Made by a program: the position numbers and the translations under genes. A stretch of 64,000 nucleotides of DNA from Eledone cirrhosa (Eukaryota), in the NCBI GenBank assembly GCA_964016885.1, contig OZ024761.1, positions 29,822,001-29,886,000 on the forward strand, read 5' to 3'. Below are positions 56,316 through 64,000 of this stretch, in pieces (the first letter of the stretch is position 1; every line of letters begins with the position of its first letter). The notes beneath the pieces were generated by a model. It was not told where the DNA came from and did no database searches. It saw only the letters and a list, made by a program, of their open reading frames with translations.

Positions 56316-59300
56316 ACACTGTAAATGTGGTTGGTGTTAGGAAGGGCATCCAGCTGTAGAAAACCCGCCAGATAGTCCTATGCGAGCAAGATAACCACTC
56401 TTGCCTCAAGTGGGAAAACCCTCCGTCCAAACCCATGCAAGCATGGAACACGGACGTTAAACAATGATGATGATGATGATGATGATGATGATATATATAC
56501 GAGGATGGGCTGAAATCAGATTAAATCTTAGAATCTACCATTCTGTATATTTCAGGATTCTGCAGACATGGCAGCAGATGTATTAAACATTCTCTTGTCT
56601 GGGGTCACCCTTATAGGTTTAACTATCTTGGTATATGGTTACTCTTATGCCTTCCTTGCATTGGATATGTACGGTGGAACAATGCTCAGTGCATCATCAG
56701 GTGAGGACTGGGTTTTTTTGTTTTGTTTTTACTTTTAATTTACTATAAACGTGGTTGGTGATAGGAAAGGAATCCAGCTGTAAAAAACCCCCAGCTAAAA
56801 TACAGTCCCGTTTGAGTAAGGTACAGCATGCCCAACTGGCCTGACTTGTCTCATAACATAGACGACCCATTTAACCCATGCAAGCGAGGAAAAATAGACA
56901 TTAAACTGTGATGAATTATTGCTGTATGTGTCTGGTTTAGAGTAGAAACCCTGTATCCCTGCATGTCATAATAGGGGATGAAAAGGGGTTAATTATTGTT
57001 GTGTGCGTCTGGTTTAGAGTAGGTAAGGTACTCTGTATCCCTGTATGTCATAAAAGGGGACGAAAAGGTGTTAATTATTGCTGTGTCTGGTTTAGAGTAG
57101 ATACTCTGTATCCCTGCACATCATAAAAGGGGACTAAAACGGTTGGTGTCAGGAAGGGTGTCTGGCTATGAAACATTGTCTTAGAAAAATCCTCTATGTT
57201 TAATATGAAACCTGTCATGGGGCATGCAAAGCTAACTCCGACCCTAGCAAGGGAAAATAGCTTTAAACCATTTGCTGCATCTTAACTAATCTCCTATTTT
57301 TGTCTCTAGGCCCTATTCTTCTTCGCTGGTATACCATATATGTTTTAATCATTGCTATAAACGGTGTCTCAGAGTCATTTGTATTTGCTGTTATGAGCAA
57401 GAAAGAAGTTGATCGGTAAGTTACCTAATCTTCTTGTATTGATTATAGTTCCACTTTTCGTTAGTTATTTTCATTTCTATCACCTTTCAACAACAATAAT
57501 TACATTTTGATCTTTTAGTTGACTGTTGGTGACAACACTGCTTAAACCTTTCAATACCATATTCCTTAAGAAAAACACTGCCTGTGATTCTCAAATGATG
57601 TTTAATATAATCAAGGATTTGTGAAAGGATTTAGTAATATAACAAATTTCTCATTATTTTTTAGTTGGTACTTGGAATATAACTTAACAAAGACTCTTAC
57701 ATGAAATTATGATGGCAGGTTTTTAGTCAAATATAAAGAAACACTTTAACCCTTTAGCTTTTAAACCAGCCATATCTAGCCAGAATTCTTTCACCTCTTT
57801 CTGTTGAAACTGGCTGTAACTGGCCACTCATACTGACATTAAGGTGTTGTTCTCAAAATAAATAACATCAAAGTTTCATAGATTCAATATTATGTGAGAT
57901 AAAGTATTTACTGTGAAAATACAATAGTAAATGCAGAGTTATGTAAATGCTAAAGGGTTAAAATAAACATCTTTATATCATGGAACCAGTGGACAGTATC
58001 ATGTAGTTTGTTATCGGAAGGGTTAAGTTGTAGGATGTAATTTGCAGACGATTTGGCTGCTATTTCAATATTTCTATACTTTGTTATATTTCAGATACAA
58101 CAACATGATGCTTATATTCTCTGTTTGTTTCTTGACGGCCTCCTGGCTTTTCACCCGTCACTTTGGCAGTGTTGGCTTTATACTGGCTAATTGCATTAAC
58201 ATGCTGCTTCGGATTTTACACAGGTATTTAGTTATGTCAAGGACATGACATCCTCCTTTGGGCTGGTGTGCACACTCACACACACCTGCACACAACTGTA
58301 TACATACACACACACATAACCATATATATGATCACACACACACAACTCTATATACACACACACACCTGCACACTACTGTATACACACACACCTGCACACA
58401 ACTGTATATATACACACACACAACTGTATACAGCCACCCTGACATAACCATATATATGATCACACACACACAACTCTATATACACACACACAACTGTATA
58501 CATCCACCCACACATAACCATATATATGATCACACACACACAACTCTATATACACACACACAACTGTATACATCCACCCACACATAACCATATATATGAT
58601 CACACACACACAACTCTATATACACACACACACCTGCACACTACTGTATACACACACACCTGCACACTACTGTATATATACACACATACCTGCACACAAC
58701 TGCATACAGCCACCCAGACATAACCATATATATGATCACACACTCACAACTCTATATACACACACACACCTGCACACAACTGTATATATACACACATACC
58801 TGCACACAACTGTATACAGCCACCCAGACATAACCATATATATGATCACATACTCACACACAATTCTATACACACACACACCTGCACACTACTGTATACA
58901 CACACACCTGCACACTACTGTATACATACACACCTACACACAACTGTATATATACACACATACCTGCACACAACTGTATATATACACACACACAACTGTA
59001 TACAGCCAACCAGACATAACCATATATATGATCACACACTCACACACAATTCTATACACACCTGCACACAACTGTGTATACACACACAACTGTATGTAAA
59101 CACACCTGCACACAACTGTATATACACACACCTGCACACACACTCGCACACAACTGTATACTCCCACTCACAACTGTGTATACCCACACACGCCCGCACA
59201 CAACGGTATACATGCACATGCAACTGTATATACCCATACACAACAGTATACATGCACACACAACTATATGGTCATACGAGCCGTCACCTTAAGTAACTAT

Positions 59301-60588
59301 TTTTTGCTTTTTCCATTTCAGTGCCAGATTCACATGGAATTATTTCCGACACAATCCAATTCAACCTCTTCGAGCATTGTTAATTCATCCTCTTATATTA
59401 TTTACATTCCTTGTGGTCTTCTGTGTTACTTATATATCAGAGGTGAGTTGTTGTTGTTGTTGTTGTTGTTGTTGCTGTTGCTGTTGTTGTTGTCGTCGTC
59501 GTCGTTGTCGTCGACGACGACGACTAAAAGTACAAGGCTCCTTTCTGAAACAGGATGCCAGTCCATCGCTGGGGTAGGTCCCAGCTTTCACTGGTTTGAT
59601 ACTCTGATTTTCAGCTGAGTGAACTGAAATAAAGAGCCTTGCCCAAGGACACAACACATCATAATTGTTTCTACCTTTTGGCATAAGGCCAGCAATTACC
59701 CAGTGCATTACTGGTACTTTATTTTATTGACCCCGTAAGGATGAAAGGCAAAGTTAACCTCGGCAGGATTCGAACTCAGAATGACAAGGGCCGTAACTCT
59801 ATGCGTCAAAGCATAGCGTCCGACCCTCTACCGATACTGCCAATCCACCGCCCTACAACACATCATAATGAAACCATAACCTTATGATTGTAAGTCCAAC
59901 ACCCTAACCAGTAGGCCACACACTAGGCCATGATGATGATGAATGACTCCTGTAAATGTCATAATTTGCAACTCTTTCAAACCCAGTCAGTCCATCATAG
60001 CCAAGATGTAAGATAGTTCTGCACAGCCAGCTTGCCAGACCTCCCTTGTAACGAGACCACATGGTCCCACTATGAGCAAGGTATGGTATGGCCAGACATG
60101 CCTCATAGGTGGGACCACCCAGTTTCACACTGTAAATGTGGTTGGTGTTATGAAGGGCATCCAGCTGTAAAAATAAAACAGCCAAAATACAGTTCCGTTT
60201 GAGCAAGGTACTATACAGTCAACAGCCCAGACTTGCCTCATAACGTGGACAACCTGTCTAACCCATGCAAGCTTGGAAAAACAAGTGTTAAATGGCGATG
60301 GTGATGATGATGATGATTCTGTCATATTCTGTTTATTTTCAAACTTTCTATAACATTTACTATCATTGGTAAATATGACATTTTCCTTTTTCCTTTCTCT
60401 ATCTCTTTCAGACTCAATTTTGTTGTGATAAAGGCCCCCGATACCGTTTGCTGCATATTGTTGTTGGTGCCTTCTGTCTAATTGTGAATTTGATAATTAT
60501 TACAAGAATAGAGAAAGACTCCATCAGTTTTATCTGGCAACAGTATAAATCACAGCAATCAGACAAAAAGAAACTGAAGACTCGATAA
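48141..60588 (+). CDS. RFT1: RFT1, ER Man5GlcNAc2-PP-dolichol translocation protein, 542 aa, 14 coding exons
   Basis: Exons 48141-48203, 49473-49558, 50874-50990, 51520-51709, 52123-52224, 53416-53547, 54050-54128, 54938-54988, 55657-55787, 56556-56700, 57310-57415, 58095-58223, 59322-59442, 60412-60588 (1629 nt, all GT-AG, in frame). Hallmark motifs [96 protein letters not shown]-terminal KLKTR fits a KxKxx ER-retrieval motif. Confidence 0.95.
49720..50166 (+). mobile_element. RTE LINE 3' fragment followed by a SINE body and tail
   Basis: [38 protein letters not shown], then sequence nearly identical to 63740-63945. Confidence 0.75.
52855..53177. mobile_element. Tigger/pogo-like MITE in an RFT1 intron
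   Basis: Degenerate TIRs cagttgtcccccggtattcgtg / cacgaatgccgtgggtacactg. Confidence 0.6.
55110..55509 (+). repeat. Minisatellite, about 29-bp unit (atctcatgtagcccactttatgatgagcc)
   Basis: About 13 tandem units visible. Confidence 0.9.
55808..56010. mobile_element. Mariner-type MITE (intact copy)
   Basis: tacgagggtggattgaaaagttcataggctga ... tcagcctatgaacttttcagctgaccctcat. An internally deleted copy lies at 53183-53293. Confidence 0.75.
57542..58027. mobile_element. TTAA-bounded element with a nested piggyBac-type MITE (57750-57957)
   Basis: Outer ttaaaccttt...aagggttaa; inner TTAA|ccctttagc...gctaaaggg|TTAA. Confidence 0.65.
58270..59268 (+). repeat. CA-rich complex minisatellite in an RFT1 intron
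   Basis: Repeated cacctgcacacaactgtatatacac / cataaccatatatatgatcacac. Confidence 0.9.
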
Positions 60589-61312
60589 CATTCCAGATTC
60601 ATACAAACCTTTTCTCATCTCAGCTATAACAAATGTATTAAGGTTATGTTCCCTGCTAAATTAGGGGTTAAAAAACCTTCATTAACCCTTTAACATTTGA
60701 ACTCAGATCGTAAAGGGACGTAACTATGCTGGAAAGCATGGCGTCCGAACCTCTACCGATACTGCCATTTAAACCGGCCATATTCTGCCAGAATTCTCTC
60801 ACCTCTTTCAGTTCAAACCAGCCATAATTGGCTGCTTATACTGACGTTAAGGTATTGTTCTCAAAATCTCATAGATTCGATATTATGTGATATAATTATG
60901 TGAGATAAAGCTTTTTCTGTGAAAATACAATAGTAAATATAGAGTAATATAAATGCTAAAAGGTTAAGCCTTCATTCTCAATACTGATCATATGGTTCTT
61001 TTTATGGTGATATTTCATGGCTGGATGTCTTTACTGGTACCAACCTTTTGATCCACCTCTTACGACACGCAGGGATATGGTGTATCTCTTCTAAACATTT
61101 GCACACCATATCCTAACGAAATAAAATATAGCAATTATTTTTCTGTAATAAAACATTAAAAACAAAATTTCTTTAAATAATTGTTTTCGACTTCATTTTT
61201 AAAAAATAAAAAAAAAACCCAGAAGCATGGGAAATCATATTGGTTCTAGAAGATTCCAAAAGACATGAAAAGTTGAGATAATATAGAATTAAGAGATATA
61301 TTCTATTGCAAG

Positions 61313-62128
61313 TATCATCATTATCATAAGCATCATCGTCATCATTATAGTTATCATCACCACCATTATTATCATCATCATCATCATTAGCATCACCGTC
61401 ATCATCATCATCATTATCATTATCATCATTATCATCACCATTATCATTATCATTACAATTATCATCACCACCATCATCATCATCATCATTTTATGTGTTT
61501 TCCATGCAGGCATAAATTGGAAGGGACTTTTTGAGACAATGTTTTACTGCCAGATGACCTTGACACCAACCAACCCTTTTAATTGCTTCTTATGACACCC
61601 AGGGAATAACGGTATACTTATTTTAAAGTGAATACATTCAAGCTCTGTCCCATGGTATATGCAGACCCCCTCACAATCTAGTCTGGAGGAAGGGTTTATG
61701 TTTATAGACATTTCTAGTTATTACAAGACCTCGTTAGGAGGAAGGAGCTGTGTCTGATGAATTATAAAGATTTTCCCATACCTCCAAACAACAACATCAA
61801 TACCATCACCAACACATCATCACCATTACCACCACCAACACCACCAGCATCACCATTACCACCAATAACATGACCATCATCAACACCATCACCATTATCA
61901 TTACCATCACCAACAACAACACCACCACCATCACCACTAACAACAACACCACCACCACCATCAACAACAATACCACCATCATCCCCCACAACAACATCAC
62001 CAACAACAATACCACCACCATCCCCCACAACAGCATCATCACCACCACTATTACCACCATCAACACCAACACCAACACCATCACCATCACCATTACCATT
62101 ACCATCACCACCACCAACGCCACCATCA
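61313..62128. repeat. (ATC)n and (CAC/CAA)n trinucleotide-rich tracts
   Basis: 61313-61490 and 61787-62128. Confidence 0.9.
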
Positions 62129-62450
62129 TTGTGGAGTAGATATGTGTGAAAGAGGGAAATTGCATTTTGCTTGGGCGTTTCTGAATTTTGATAAACTCAG
62201 TAGTAGTGGTAGTGGCAATGGTGGTAAATCATGGTATGTATGTACATATATATATGTGTGTGTGTGTGTAAACTGCCAAAAGTTATAACAAAGAGATATT
62301 GTCCCTTTTTCTCTTGTTTAAAATATACCAGATGTCTGGGAGGGGGCAGCCTTTTTGTGGTCGCTCGACCTGCAAGAAATAGCAGCTAAATTTCCACCAA
62401 ACTATACAAAATTTTTTTAAAACTAAGTACCAGCAATATGCCAAGTGTGC

Positions 62451-63564
<1,114 letters not shown>

Positions 63565-63958
63565 GCGCATGGCTTAGTGGTTAGGGCATTGGGCTTGCAA
63601 TCGAAAGGTTGTGAGTTCAATTCTCAGACCGGGTTATGTGTTGTTTCCTTGAGCAAGACACTTTATTTCACGTTGCTCCAGTTTACTCAGCTGTAGAAAC
63701 GAGAATCTAGGACTGGGATCCCTATCATTCCACTGCAAAATGGACGTGGAGGTGCCACAGCAAAAAAGCACCCAGCACTCACTGTAAATGAGGTTGGTGT
63801 TAGGAAGGGCATCCAGCTGTAGAAGTCAAGCCAGATCAGTTGCTGTATGAGCAAGGCATGGTCAGCCGACCAGACACTGCCCACAACAGGACAACCCGTC
63901 TAACCCATGCTAGCGTGGAAGAACGGACGTAAAACGGTGATGATGCTGATGATGATGA
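63565..63958 (+). mobile_element. Full-length tRNA-derived SINE with RTE-type tail
   Basis: A-box tggcttagtgg, B-box gagttcaattc, body ccttgagcaagacact...ggttggtgttaggaagggcatccagc, tail cggacgtaaaacgg(tga)n. Confidence 0.85.
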
Positions 63959-64000
63959 TATATGCCTTATCATAGAGTGCTGATTTTGGTACCTGCCTCA

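Noticed and set aside
58258-59292. His/Thr-rich and Cys/Val-rich ORFs
   Set aside because: CA-rich minisatellite inside an RFT1 intron.
63565-63640. tRNA-like A/B boxes (also 9365-9420)
   Set aside because: No complete cloverleaf; continues into a SINE body and tail, so these are SINE heads rather than tRNA genes.

Overview
Eukaryotic, very AT-rich and repeat-dense genomic DNA. The SINE families, (TA)n arrays and gene structure suggest an octopus/coleoid cephalopod (inference, not checked by search). Four protein-coding genes could be reconstructed by hand with phase-consistent GT-AG splicing: (1) the 3' part of an unidentified + strand gene encoding a long disordered region with 11-aa and 20-aa coding minisatellites (7 exons, 1-10797); (2) a - strand type I membrane protein with signal peptide, CUB-like ectodomain, TM helix and PPxY tail (6 exons, 366 aa, 27762-18948); (3) an intronless nephrocystin-1 (NPHP1, 958 aa, - strand); (4) RFT1 (14 coding exons, 542 aa, + strand), head-to-head with NPHP1. 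The rest is tRNA-SINEs, RTE/CR1 LINE fragments, a Helitron, piggyBac/hAT/Tc1-mariner MITEs, minisatellites, about 9 kb of (TA)n-type arrays and a 200-N gap. The most unusual signal is a set of type I hammerhead-ribozyme motifs of the kind carried by Penelope-like elements. They lie in short islands within or beside (TA)n arrays, and several are embedded in near-perfect fold-back inverted repeats (25.6-26.0, 36.7-37.1, 42.8-43.1 kb). One family has a compensatory U3-A8 core (UUGAAAA). The long IY/YI/CV ORFs in the ORF track are microsatellite artefacts.
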